Shown here one piece after another: positions 1 to 8,709 of a DNA stretch of 33,286 nt. The position numbers were made by a program, and so were the translations under genes. Numbering within the stretch: position 1 is the stretch's first letter; each line of letters opens with the position of its first letter. Below the pieces are notes generated by a model, which made no database searches, was not told where the DNA came from, and was given only the letters and a program-made list of their open reading frames with translations. This DNA is from an uncultured Dehalococcoidaceae bacterium. GTDB lineage: Bacteria > Chloroflexota > Dehalococcoidia > Dehalococcoidales > RBG-16-60-22. The stretch lies in NCBI GenBank assembly GCA_964602315.1, contig CAZRQP010000001.1:1-33286 (forward strand). The letters run 5' to 3'.

Positions 1-390
1 CTCATGGTAGAGAAGAGTCACAAGGTCAGCGAACGCTAAGATTATATCCTTATTATTCAATGTAGATAGCCCTCGGCAAGCGTAATTGTAGCAACAACGT
101 TCGAAAATCGCAACCAAGTAACTTTATGGCTTTTTGTTAAATTACTTCATCGAAGTACCAGGGTTCTACTGGTAGGGTCGGATTCGCCTGACGGACAACT
201 CATGACCGAAATCCTCCTTTCTTTGCTTGAATCCCGTTACACATGACTAAACGCATGAAAAATGAATAATATCGGTTGCTCCAATCAAGCAATTGATTTA
301 AGATAAATCATGGGTATCATCCGGAAAAGAAGAAGAGTGTGAAGAGCAACTTCATATGGGGCAGTGAAAATTGGTATTAGGAGTAAAAGC

Positions 391-1185
391 ATGTTTAGAA
401 ATAAGCCTATCCAAATTGAAGGTATGTTTGTCCTGATAGACCATGGGGAAATTAAAGGCTTGAAGCACTGGAGCGACGAGTTTGGAAGAAGGGGAATGCC
501 TGCAGTAATCATGGTAAGCGAGGGAGTGCTAGATGGTAACCGTAACCTGATAAAAGACCTTTCCGATATAGGCTTTGAGATTGGTGGTCAGTGTGGTAGA
601 GGACCTTTCTGGAACGAAACGTACGACTATCAATATGATGAAATATGTCGCGTAAAGAACAAGATTGAATCCTTTATAGCTAGACCAGTACGTATCATGA
701 ACTCGGCAAATTTTGCTTATGATGAAAACACATTAAAGGTTGCCGATAAACTCGGTGTTGAATTCGTGTTAGGCCGGGGGATAGCTGGTGCTAGAGCGGT
801 GATATATAAGCCAGATGAATATAACGTGAGGATCATATCGGTTAGCAATGTACCCTCAAAGGAGATGGGCACTGGCTCATTATGTGATTACTCTCTCTGG
901 GCTAGAGGTGAAAGCCCGGACGATTTCAAAAACATTTTGTCCGGGTTGAAGGAAGATAAAGTAGTCCTGGTAAGCCACGCACATCTTGGTGGAGCCAAGC
1001 TATACTGGTGGAAAGTTTACCAAAATTTTTTAGATGCCAACATAGTTGCCTGGAAAAGCCTGGATGAGTTTGTGACTAACCCAGTTATGATGCCGAATGC
1101 ACAAATACCACTAAACACCGAAGTACAGTATAAAATACCTAAACCAAGAATTGCGCTGGAACAAGAACCCGATTTACCTGCCTAG
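391..1185 (+). CDS. hypothetical protein; weak by-eye resemblance to the NodB/polysaccharide-deacetylase (CE4) fold
   Basis: ORF 364..1185. AGGAG lies 7 nt upstream of the ATG at 391, so 391 is preferred over the GTG at 364. Segments LIDHG, RPVRIMNSANFAYDE and VLVSHAH loosely parallel the CE4 motifs TFDDG / RPPYG / LxH. No stronger family match was recognised. Confidence 0.45.
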   Translation: MFRNKPIQIEGMFVLIDHGEIKGLKHWSDEFGRRGMPAVIMVSEGVLDGNRNLIKDLSDIGFEIGGQCGRGPFWNETYDYQYDEICRVKNKIESFIARPVRIMNSANFAYDENTLKVADKLGVEFVLGRGIAGARAVIYKPDEYNVRIISVSNVPSKEMGTGSLCDYSLWARGESPDDFKNILSGLKEDKVVLVSHAHLGGAKLYWWKVYQNFLDANIVAWKSLDEFVTNPVMMPNAQIPLNTEVQYKIPKPRIALEQEPDLPA

Positions 1186-1518
1186 GTGGCATCGAGGACG
1201 CCCGTACCGTTCTTTTATCCTTCCCTCGCCGCTTATTCCAGCATGTGCGTCCTATAAACTGGAGAAATTTAATCCAGCCATATCAGGACTCCCCAATTCG
1301 CTCAACGGGCCACTACAGGGCTGGCAGGCAATCAAATTGGCGGGGCAGCTTCAGGCTCCCCAATGAATTGTTCACATCACCGGAACTCGTCAGGCTAATC
1401 TTACTCCTACGTTAATTTACAATCCATTTACTAGCCTGAGAACATAATATAATATGTGTTGTTGCATCGTCAGTCAATAGAGTTATAATATAGCTTGAAA
1501 CACCATCGGAGATGTTAG

Positions 1519-2097
1519 ATGAAGAGCTGTGTAGAAGAGTGGATGAAAGAGGCTGGTGAAAAGTTTTTAAAAGATATTGGTATAAGGAAAGGCCAAAAGG
1601 TATTAGATTTTGGCTGTGGCTCAGGCAACTACGCTATTCCTACCGCAATAATAGCCGGGGAAGACGGTTTAGTGTATGCACTGGATAAAGATAAAAGAGC
1701 TTTGGATGAATTGATGCGTAAAGCTGAATCAATGGGCCTGAAAAATATAATAAGATTAGATACATCAAAGGAGTCAGGGATTGCGTTGGACAATGAATCC
1801 GTTGATGTGGTTCTTCTTTGTGATGTTCTACATTACTACTATTTTCCTCGAGTAGAAGGTAGAAGACGACTGTTACGTGAAGTTTACAGGGTTTTGAAGC
1901 CAAATGGTCTCCTGTCGCTTTGCCCGACTCACCTTAAGTCACATATGGAGCCAAAATTAGAGGATGTTGAGAGAGAAATACAGGAAGCAAGTTTCTATTT
2001 AGAATACGAATATTCCGGGACGCTTATAGTTCATGATAATAATCTTGAAAAAAGCCAAATAATGAATTTCAGGAAAGGAAATACAAGAGCAAGGTAG
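1519..2097 (+). CDS. class I SAM-dependent methyltransferase
   Basis: 192-aa ORF with GGAG 7 nt upstream. Motif I is VLDFGCGSGNYAI. An acidic post-I residue (YALDKD) and VVLLCDVLHY / LKPNGLL are typical of the Methyltransf_11/25 fold. Confidence 0.85.
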   Translation: MKSCVEEWMKEAGEKFLKDIGIRKGQKVLDFGCGSGNYAIPTAIIAGEDGLVYALDKDKRALDELMRKAESMGLKNIIRLDTSKESGIALDNESVDVVLLCDVLHYYYFPRVEGRRRLLREVYRVLKPNGLLSLCPTHLKSHMEPKLEDVEREIQEASFYLEYEYSGTLIVHDNNLEKSQIMNFRKGNTRAR

Positions 2098-2099
2098 AG

Positions 2100-2414
2100 A
2101 TGTTAACCAAAAGTACTTCAGAACCAGAAATACGCGAAGCACTAGCCAAGGTCAGGCATCCCGAAATTGACCGCACGCTGGTTGATCTGGGAATGCTCAA
2201 AAACATGATTGTTGAGGGTAAGAGAGTTACTCTTACCCTCGCACTTCCTTTGATAGGGATACCGACCGAAGTCAAGGACTATATCATGAGCAACGTACAC
2301 CAAGCACTAGCTAACCTAGATATGAGCCTGGAGGTTACTATAACCCTGGCAGAGATGAACCCCGAGGAACGAACTAAATTCCTCGCTATGGCACAGGAGG
2401 GATGGCTAGGTTAA
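2100..2414 (+). CDS. DUF59 / MIP18-family (SufT-like) Fe-S assembly protein
   Basis: 104-aa ORF that starts 2 nt after the upstream stop. IREALAKVRHPEIDRTLVDLGMLKNM matches the DUF59 signature (hDPE.. ..vdLGli). Confidence 0.75.
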   Translation: MLTKSTSEPEIREALAKVRHPEIDRTLVDLGMLKNMIVEGKRVTLTLALPLIGIPTEVKDYIMSNVHQALANLDMSLEVTITLAEMNPEERTKFLAMAQEGWLG

Positions 2415-2608
2415 GATAGCAGGAGTACAGGCTAATCTGTTGAAGGGCAAAATACATATGCACCTTTGTTTCAAATGTGCGGTACCGCTTAAGATTGTTT
2501 TAGCCTTTTGAGTAGTATATTCCAGGCGGCGTCTGACCATTATTCTGACATCATAGGTATTGATCTTCGAATCGTGATATACGATGAGGATCTCGCGGAG
2601 CTTTAAAT

Positions 2609-3589
2609 ATGAAGAAGACCTCAGGTAACGTATACGGCGGAGTTGAAGCCGGCGGCACTAAATTTATTTGTGCGATAGGCACAGGCCCGACAGATCTGCT
2701 TGTCAGACGATTCAAAACTACAACTCCTCAAAAGACCATCGGTGAAGTCGTAAGTTTTTTCAAACAATATGCCATCGAACAAGCCGGCAGACGCTTAGTA
2801 GCGATCGGTATTGCCTCCTTCGGACCTCTTGATCTTAATAAAGAATCCCCCCGATACGGTTACATTACTAATACTCCCAAACCTGGCTGGACTAATGTCA
2901 ATTTTGCTAGTGTTATTAGTACTGCGCTCGACATTCCAGTTGCCATAGATACTGATGTAAATGGTGCTGCATTAGGCGAACAGGAATGGGGTGCAGCTCA
3001 AGGCCTTAATACGTTTATCTATGTTACCTTAGGGACGGGAATAGGTGGCGGAGGCATTATAAATGGGGAGTTAATGCATGGTCTTATCCATCCTGAGATG
3101 GGACATATCCGGATTCCGCGTGATGATAAAGATGAACCAGGCTTCAAAGGCTCATGCAAGTTCCATAAATGCGACCTACGTAAAAGCCCAGGTTATGGTT
3201 GTTGGGAAGGCTTAGCTTCTGGAGCATCTATGCAACAACGATGGGGAAAGCCGCCCGAAGAGATTCTAGAAGGTGATAAAGATTATCATCGCGCCTGGAA
3301 TCTTGAAGCAGACTATATTGCTATTGGGATATATAATTTAATTTGCACTCTATCACCTCAACGGGTTATTTTGGGCGGCGGCATCATGCATCACCCCAAT
3401 TTACTGGAAGCGATACAAAGGAGAGTTGAAAAATTGCTGAATAATTATTTGCCTGCTTTGGACTCATCTGAAAAGATTAGCAATTACTTGGTTCACCCGG
3501 CTCTCGAGGACACAAAGTCCAATATATCGTTATCCGGGGTTCTTGGCGCAATTCTCTTAGCCAAACGAATGCAATTAGTAAACGATTGA
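2609..3589 (+). CDS. ROK-family sugar kinase, fructokinase-like
   Basis: N-terminal GGVEAGGTKFICAIG, DTDVNGAALGE and TLGTGIGGG are present. There is a GH...C.FH..C...GCWEGLASG zinc motif with a ~10-aa insertion relative to the GmuE/Mak-type fructokinases I recall. The gene lies directly upstream of a sucrose-phosphorylase-family gene. Confidence 0.8.
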   Translation: MKKTSGNVYGGVEAGGTKFICAIGTGPTDLLVRRFKTTTPQKTIGEVVSFFKQYAIEQAGRRLVAIGIASFGPLDLNKESPRYGYITNTPKPGWTNVNFASVISTALDIPVAIDTDVNGAALGEQEWGAAQGLNTFIYVTLGTGIGGGGIINGELMHGLIHPEMGHIRIPRDDKDEPGFKGSCKFHKCDLRKSPGYGCWEGLASGASMQQRWGKPPEEILEGDKDYHRAWNLEADYIAIGIYNLICTLSPQRVILGGGIMHHPNLLEAIQRRVEKLLNNYLPALDSSEKISNYLVHPALEDTKSNISLSGVLGAILLAKRMQLVND

Positions 3590-3694
3590 GTGAAAATGTC
3601 ACGACAGGATAAAACAATGTATTTCTATAATTTGCATTCCAGAAACATTAATCAGGATGACCAACAACTGTTCGAGTGAAAGGCTGGAAATAAT

Positions 3695-5137
3695 GTGAGA
3701 TTAAAAAACGGCGTCATGCTGATTACGTATGCAAACAGCTTAGGTAAAAACATCTCTGAACTCAAGTATGTTTTAGACCATTATTTTGATAATGCCGTCG
3801 CCGGTGTACATATTTTACCGTTTTTCCCGTCTTCATCGGATCGCGGGTTTTCACCAACACGATATGATATTGTGGACCCCGAGTTCGGTGACTGGAGCGA
3901 TATAAACTGGCTTTCAAAAAAGCACTATTTAATGTATGACTTCATGATCAATCATATATCCAGTCAATCGTTTCAGTTTCAAGATTTTATCGCTAAGAAA
4001 GATAAATCTCCATACGCGAGAATGTTTATCCGGTATAAAGAGTTTTGGCCAAACGGTGAGTCGACCGCAGATGACATCGATAAAATTCTTAAGAGAAAAC
4101 CTCGTGCGCCTTACATTACAGTCACGTTTAAGGATGGTACTTCAGAAAAGATCTGGTGCACGTTTGGTGACGACCAGATTGACTTAAATATACAGAACGA
4201 TGTTACATGGCAGTATATTAAAGACAATCTGCAATTGTTAGCCAATCACGGCGCTGCCTTTGTCCGGTTGGATGCCTTTGGGTATGCTATAAAAAAAGTA
4301 GGCGGTTCCTGTTTCTTTGAAGAACCAGAAATCTGGGAAATGTTAGATCATGTTCAAAAAATTCTTTCACCATACCGGGTTGAAATCCTTCCCGAGATGC
4401 ACGAACAATATACTATTCAATTGAAATTGGCCCAAAAAGGCTACTGGGTATATGACTTTGCTTTGCCAATGTTCCTTTTGCACGCCCTCCAAACCGGAGA
4501 AACAGCCAATCTGGTTCATTGGCTGAAAATCTGTCCAAGAAAGCAGTTTACAACGCTGGATACTCATGACGGCATCGGCGTTGTTGATGTGCGTGGATTA
4601 CTGACCGATGACCAGATCAACCAGACTAAAGATTTTCTATTTACCAGAGATGCCATTGTTAAGAAAATCCACAATACTGTAAGTTATAAAAACCTGGACA
4701 TCTATCAGATCAACTGCACGTATTATTCGGCACTGGGTGATAATGATGATGCCTATATAGTCGCTCGCGCTGTCCAGATGTTTGCCCCAGGCATTCCCCA
4801 GGTGTATTACGTTGGTTTGTTGGCTGGGAAGAACGATATTGAATTGGTAGAATCAACCAAACATGGCCGGGATATTAACCGGCACTCCTATACAATCGAG
4901 GAGATTGCCTGGGAAGTCGAACGGCCGGTGGTGCAAAAAATCCTTAAATTGATGCGGTTTCGTAATGAATTTCCCGCCTTCGGCGGTGATTGCGAAACAA
5001 GTTCGAGTGGCTCAGTATTAACCATCAAACGCAACGATGACGGGTATATGGTAGAACTGGTGGCTGACATGAAATCATATACCTGCTCAATCAAGTATTC
5101 CGGACCGGATGGGAATAAGCAAACTTTAGTTCTGTAA
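3695..5137 (+). CDS. GH13_18 sucrose phosphorylase-family glucoside phosphorylase
   Basis: GTG start. MLITYANSLG, HILPFFPSS.DRGF, RLDAFGY (nucleophile Asp), LPEMHE (acid/base Glu), LDTHDGIGV, IYQINCTYYSAL and GRDINRH are collinear with Bifidobacterium sucrose phosphorylase as I remember it. The substrate cannot be assigned by eye (sucrose, glucosylglycerol or glucosylglycerate). Confidence 0.85.
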   Translation: MRLKNGVMLITYANSLGKNISELKYVLDHYFDNAVAGVHILPFFPSSSDRGFSPTRYDIVDPEFGDWSDINWLSKKHYLMYDFMINHISSQSFQFQDFIAKKDKSPYARMFIRYKEFWPNGESTADDIDKILKRKPRAPYITVTFKDGTSEKIWCTFGDDQIDLNIQNDVTWQYIKDNLQLLANHGAAFVRLDAFGYAIKKVGGSCFFEEPEIWEMLDHVQKILSPYRVEILPEMHEQYTIQLKLAQKGYWVYDFALPMFLLHALQTGETANLVHWLKICPRKQFTTLDTHDGIGVVDVRGLLTDDQINQTKDFLFTRDAIVKKIHNTVSYKNLDIYQINCTYYSALGDNDDAYIVARAVQMFAPGIPQVYYVGLLAGKNDIELVESTKHGRDINRHSYTIEEIAWEVERPVVQKILKLMRFRNEFPAFGGDCETSSSGSVLTIKRNDDGYMVELVADMKSYTCSIKYSGPDGNKQTLVL

Positions 5138-5160
5138 TTGCAAGTCTGGAGGTTTTAGTA

Positions 5161-5967
5161 ATGAACGTTAGGGAAGTTGTCGAGGTCATCCTGGAGTTGA
5201 ATGGGGGGAGGAAGATTGAAAACACGTGTGACCAGTTAATCGAAGGCGACTGGGATCGTCAGGTCACCGGTGTGGTCACCACGTTTATGGCCACTGTCGA
5301 CGTAATTCGCCGGTCGATCGAAATGGGATGCAACTTGATCATCACCCATGAACCAACGTATTTTACCGGTTCAGACCACCTGGAATGGGTGAAAGATGAT
5401 CCGGTTTATCAGAGGAAAAAGGATTTGATTGACGATAACCAGATATCCATCTGGCGGTACCATGACCATATGCATCTTGGCAATACTGATTTGATCTATA
5501 CCGGGTTGTTGAAAGACATGGGATGGACGAATTATCTAAACAAAGAGTTACCGCAGCCCCATTGCTATACGATTCCTGCTACAACATTGACTAGTTTGGT
5601 TGAATTTTTAAAGAAAACACTCGGCATGAAAGTGGTCCGGGTCGTCGGCAAGGTGGATATGGAATGCAATAGGATTGGCATACTGGTTGGCGGCGGAAGC
5701 CTCGGTCTCGGGCAGGAAGAGATGCCGGCTGCGCTGATGAATGAACAGCAACTGGATGTTATGATCTGTGGCGAAATAACAGAATGGACATTGAGTGCAT
5801 ATGTACGTGATGCCGCGGCTCTCGGCTTAAATAAAGCCATGATCATCGTTGGACACGAACGAAGCGAGGGACCCGGTATGAAAGAGCTAGCCAACAGCAT
5901 TCAGCCACTCCTGAGAGGAATTCCAGTCCATTTTTCAGATGCCGGAGAGCCCTTTATCTATCTATAA
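5161..5967 (+). CDS. NIF3-like (DUF34) dinuclear-metal protein
   Basis: GGAGG RBS. LIITHEPTYF, IWRYHDHMH and IVGHERSE correspond to the metal-ligand motifs of NIF3/YbgI-family proteins. Confidence 0.7.
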   Translation: MNVREVVEVILELNGGRKIENTCDQLIEGDWDRQVTGVVTTFMATVDVIRRSIEMGCNLIITHEPTYFTGSDHLEWVKDDPVYQRKKDLIDDNQISIWRYHDHMHLGNTDLIYTGLLKDMGWTNYLNKELPQPHCYTIPATTLTSLVEFLKKTLGMKVVRVVGKVDMECNRIGILVGGGSLGLGQEEMPAALMNEQQLDVMICGEITEWTLSAYVRDAAALGLNKAMIIVGHERSEGPGMKELANSIQPLLRGIPVHFSDAGEPFIYL

Positions 5968-6069
5968 AATTTACTGAATAAAGGAGGACATTGCCCAGAT
6001 AATGAACTAAGGGTCACTTTCAAGTATCTTGTTATCAAATTAGACACTTTAGCGTTTTGTTTCTTTGGT

Positions 6070-7185
6070 CTACGTAGGCTTCTTCGCCGGCATTGGTCGG
6101 AACCTACTCGGATAAACGTGACCATCACCGTAAATAGCAAAGCTAAGGTAACGTTCAACCAAGTCTTCTAAATCTTGGACTGTATCTTCTGTCACAGTAA
6201 TTCTTGTAGTTATTTTATTATCACCTCTATGTAATAATGCATTACGCATTTTGTTGAATTTCTTGAAGGCAAGAATATCTTTTTCCCAACAAAGCATTTT
6301 TGCCTTACCAGCCATTTTCTCAAAACGCGATACCAAACTTGGTCGTTGTTGCTCCATAAGGTTGTTTAAACAGCTAATTAAGACCTCTTTTTGTTCTTTA
6401 CCATGGTCATTTATCATTTTACGTATCAACTCGGCTTGTTGAAAAAGTTGGTTATCTTTGGCACCCAAATAACCGGCTAAGACCATTTCCAAAGGTATGA
6501 AAAGAGTAACGAACTTAGTTGTCATATCGTCTTCTATCCATGCTCTCGTAAGCCAGCGTAGAGTGTTTGCTGCTGACTGACACGCCTCATTTTGTAACTT
6601 GCCAAGAGCTTTGAGTTCGTTGTTTAAATTATTCATTCCTTTAAGCTTTAGATGTACACCCTCAAGTATTTTCATAGCTTGGCCAGCCATATCATAGGCG
6701 AAATCATTAGTGTCAAGAATAGCGATATAGTTTTCATTAATCAATTTGATAATGAATTGCCAATGAAAGCGTAATCCAATAGTTGCAGCAACAAGATCAA
6801 CAATAGCATTGAAAAGTTCAGCGTTTGCGTGAGCCAAATTGATTAGTGGTTCGTGTGATTTAGGTTTCTTAGAATGGAAAGCGTTTGATATTTCTTGGCT
6901 CACTTCTACTTCTTTCCAACAAGATATTTCAGTAAAGAATTTTCTGGGGTACAAGGACTTTGAGGCATCCTTACGGTAATTAGCCTTCAATAATTTACTT
7001 GTTTCGCCTGGTACAAAGTATTTATCGCTCTCCATTAGGATAATTCCAAATTTAGGTTTAGGTCCCATATAAGTCATAACATTTATATTTTCCATTTTAA
7101 ACTGAACTTCAAGTTCTTCATGTTCTTTAAGAGAACATCCCATTGAATCGTATAGTTTTCTATAACCTACTTTTTCGATTGCCAT
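6070..7185 (-). CDS. HEPN-domain (Rx4H) protein, ApeA/Abi-like two-domain architecture; candidate RNase/defence effector
   Basis: 371-aa ORF with AAGGAG 6 nt upstream of the ATG. The C-terminal alpha-helical half has an opening helix (RWLTRAWIEDDMTTKFVTLFIPLEMV) and the motif FKKFNKMRNALLHRGD (R-N-x3-H, i.e. Rx4H). The gene is markedly AT-rich compared with its flanks. It is a solitary gene, convergent with the NIF3-like gene. Confidence 0.5.
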   Translation of the reverse strand: MAIEKVGYRKLYDSMGCSLKEHEELEVQFKMENINVMTYMGPKPKFGIILMESDKYFVPGETSKLLKANYRKDASKSLYPRKFFTEISCWKEVEVSQEISNAFHSKKPKSHEPLINLAHANAELFNAIVDLVAATIGLRFHWQFIIKLINENYIAILDTNDFAYDMAGQAMKILEGVHLKLKGMNNLNNELKALGKLQNEACQSAANTLRWLTRAWIEDDMTTKFVTLFIPLEMVLAGYLGAKDNQLFQQAELIRKMINDHGKEQKEVLISCLNNLMEQQRPSLVSRFEKMAGKAKMLCWEKDILAFKKFNKMRNALLHRGDNKITTRITVTEDTVQDLEDLVERYLSFAIYGDGHVYPSRFRPMPAKKPT

Positions 7186-7316
7186 ACTTTTCTCCTTGAA
7201 AAAAACTTGGTAACCAATAACACGAGATTAACACCCAATAATATAACACTGTCAATTGGCGAAGCAATGAAAGCTTGAATTGTACTGCGAGTCCTATTAG
7301 AATGTAAGTGCAAAAG

Positions 7317-7358
7317 CCAGTTCAAAAGTTCTGTCTATCGTACGGTACCGCCCACCAC
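7317..7358 (+). repeat. intergenic repeat, copy A (contains the palindrome CGGTACCG)
   Basis: Sequence: CCAGTTCAAAAGTTCTGTCTATCGTACGGTACCGCCCACCAC. By hand alignment, roughly 33 of 43 positions match copy C and roughly 29 of 39 match copy B. Confidence 0.6.
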
Positions 7359-7696
7359 TTTTTATGTTAAGCTAACCTCAATAACTTGAAAACACATATT
7401 TACTGTGTTAGTCTAACAATCGTAAAGGCTAGCATTAATCCAGACTGTTTTTATTTTGTTAATATCTGTTTCTTATCTTCATTATTCTTTCTTTACTTAG
7501 ACTTTTCCTATCATTTTTCTAATAATACTCTATCTCTATCTGTAAGTTATTCAACAACATTAATATAAATTCCAATTCTGCCAATAAAACCGCAGTAAAA
7601 TGAAGATAAGAACGCTTTGTAATCTCCAAATAGTCGTAAAACGGCATCAGGTTTTTACTGATTTATCTACCCCATTTTATGAGGGAGGCATTTGTT

Positions 7697-7921
7697 ATGG
7701 ATATAGAGTATGGGACTGAAGTGATCGATAGGGAAGGCAATACTCTGGGCACTATTGACCGTGTGATACGTGACTCCTGGACAGGTGAAATAAGAAAATT
7801 TAGTGTAAACCGGGATGATGCCGGAAATGAGCTCTTATTTTCTCCCGATGAGATTCTTGATTCAGAAAAAACCAGGATAAAGGTCGACGTTTCTTCAAAC
7901 GAATTAAACGGCGCTCCATAG
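7697..7921 (+). CDS. small PRC-barrel/DUF2171-like protein
   Basis: GAGGGAGG lies 7-8 nt upstream of the ATG at 7697, so the track ORF starting at 7679 is probably too long. VIDREGNTLGTIDRVIRDSWTGEIRKFSV resembles PRC-barrel-type small proteins. Confidence 0.5.
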   Translation: MDIEYGTEVIDREGNTLGTIDRVIRDSWTGEIRKFSVNRDDAGNELLFSPDEILDSEKTRIKVDVSSNELNGAP

Positions 7922-7954
7922 AAATTTTGATAATGATAATTAAGAGCAGGATTT

Positions 7955-8185
7955 ATGGATACGATTAAGATCGCAGGTAAGAGGTTTTTAAAATGCCAAA
8001 GAGAAGCCTGCCAATGGAATATTGGCTGGCTTGGTGGACTGGACTGGACGGAAAAGCCGGGCGAGGGCACCAGAGTCTGTAACCTCGGTGCTAAGGCTAT
8101 TCTGGAGGAAGATATTACACCGCCGGATATGTGCCGGGACTGGAAATCGGTACTGGAACTGGCTCGTACCGAATTCCTGTTATAA
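7955..8185 (+). CDS. hypothetical small Cys-containing protein
   Basis: 76-aa ORF with four Cys (CQREAC ... C ... C) and a weak RBS. It was preferred over the overlapping Arg-rich ORF 8022..8243 and the antisense ORF 7663..8211 on amino-acid composition only. Confidence 0.35.
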   Translation: MDTIKIAGKRFLKCQREACQWNIGWLGGLDWTEKPGEGTRVCNLGAKAILEEDITPPDMCRDWKSVLELARTEFLL

Positions 8186-8709
8186 AAACTTGTTACATGA
8201 TAAAAAATCAAATGATAGGTTTTTTTTATTAAAAATGGGTTAGCCAGCTTGTCTTTGGTTAAAAAGTCTTTATCTTTGTTAAGACAGGGGTAGCGCTCTT
8301 ATGCCTTTATATCCTGCATTATATTGTTCAAGATGTCGTTAGACATCGACCCGATATCATGGTAGCATAGACATGTATTCTAATTTCATGAGAAAAAAGT
8401 GCCAAGGAGAAAAACTGTGACCTGATAGAGTAAATGAGACGTGTTGTCTGGGGACTTTACCTCTATATCTGTGAATCTCGCCTCACCCTGTTGATTACAG
8501 TGTTTCTACGGTCCATCAGCAATAGGCTTTTTACCAGGTCTATAGCTATCAGTTACCGGGTTCTTCCCGGCCAATCTGTTCTTGGTGAGTTAAAAACTCC
8601 GCCCCAAACTGTTCACTCGGTTTTCCCCTTTTTTACGCTCATTTTTTCCGTTGATAGGGAACGTATGCCCATTGTGCCTGTCTTTAGATAGAAGAAAGAA
8701 GATAAAAAT

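Noticed and set aside
147-203. 18-codon minus-strand ORF (MSCPSGESDPTSRTLVLR) with GGAGG 10 nt upstream. Also a possible plus-strand gene 3' end at 1-39 (…EKSHKVSER-stop).
   Set aside because: Both are too short or too incomplete to support. There are no recognisable motifs and no context from the window edge.
1151-1366. 71-aa ORF and a GC-richer patch in the 1186-1518 intergenic region, including an imperfect hairpin GGGGCAGCTTCAGGCTCCCC around 1341-1360.
   Set aside because: The ORF overlaps the end of the upstream gene, lacks an RBS and has a Pro/Arg-rich sequence. The hairpin is not followed by a T-run. There is no support for a gene, terminator or known RNA.
1391-2438. Shared 11-mer CAGGCTAATCT at 1391-1401 and 2428-2438.
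   Set aside because: An exact 11-mer recurring once in 33 kb is expected by chance many times over, and the flanks do not align.
7440-7560. A strongly T/C-rich, G-poor ~120-nt tract between the HEPN gene and the PRC-barrel ORF.
   Set aside because: It contains no tandem repeat, hairpin or conserved motif. It is most simply AT-rich spacer or promoter DNA of the acquired islet.
7663-8211. 182-aa minus-strand ORF spanning the two small plus-strand ORFs.
   Set aside because: It is Ser/Pro-rich and low in complexity, with no RBS. It is antisense to a PRC-barrel-like ORF that does have a strong RBS, so it is judged a shadow ORF.
8434-8691. 85-aa plus-strand ORF inside the long leader upstream of the methyltransferase operon.
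   Set aside because: It has no RBS, an unusual composition and no family resemblance. The region is treated as non-coding leader; see the related finding.
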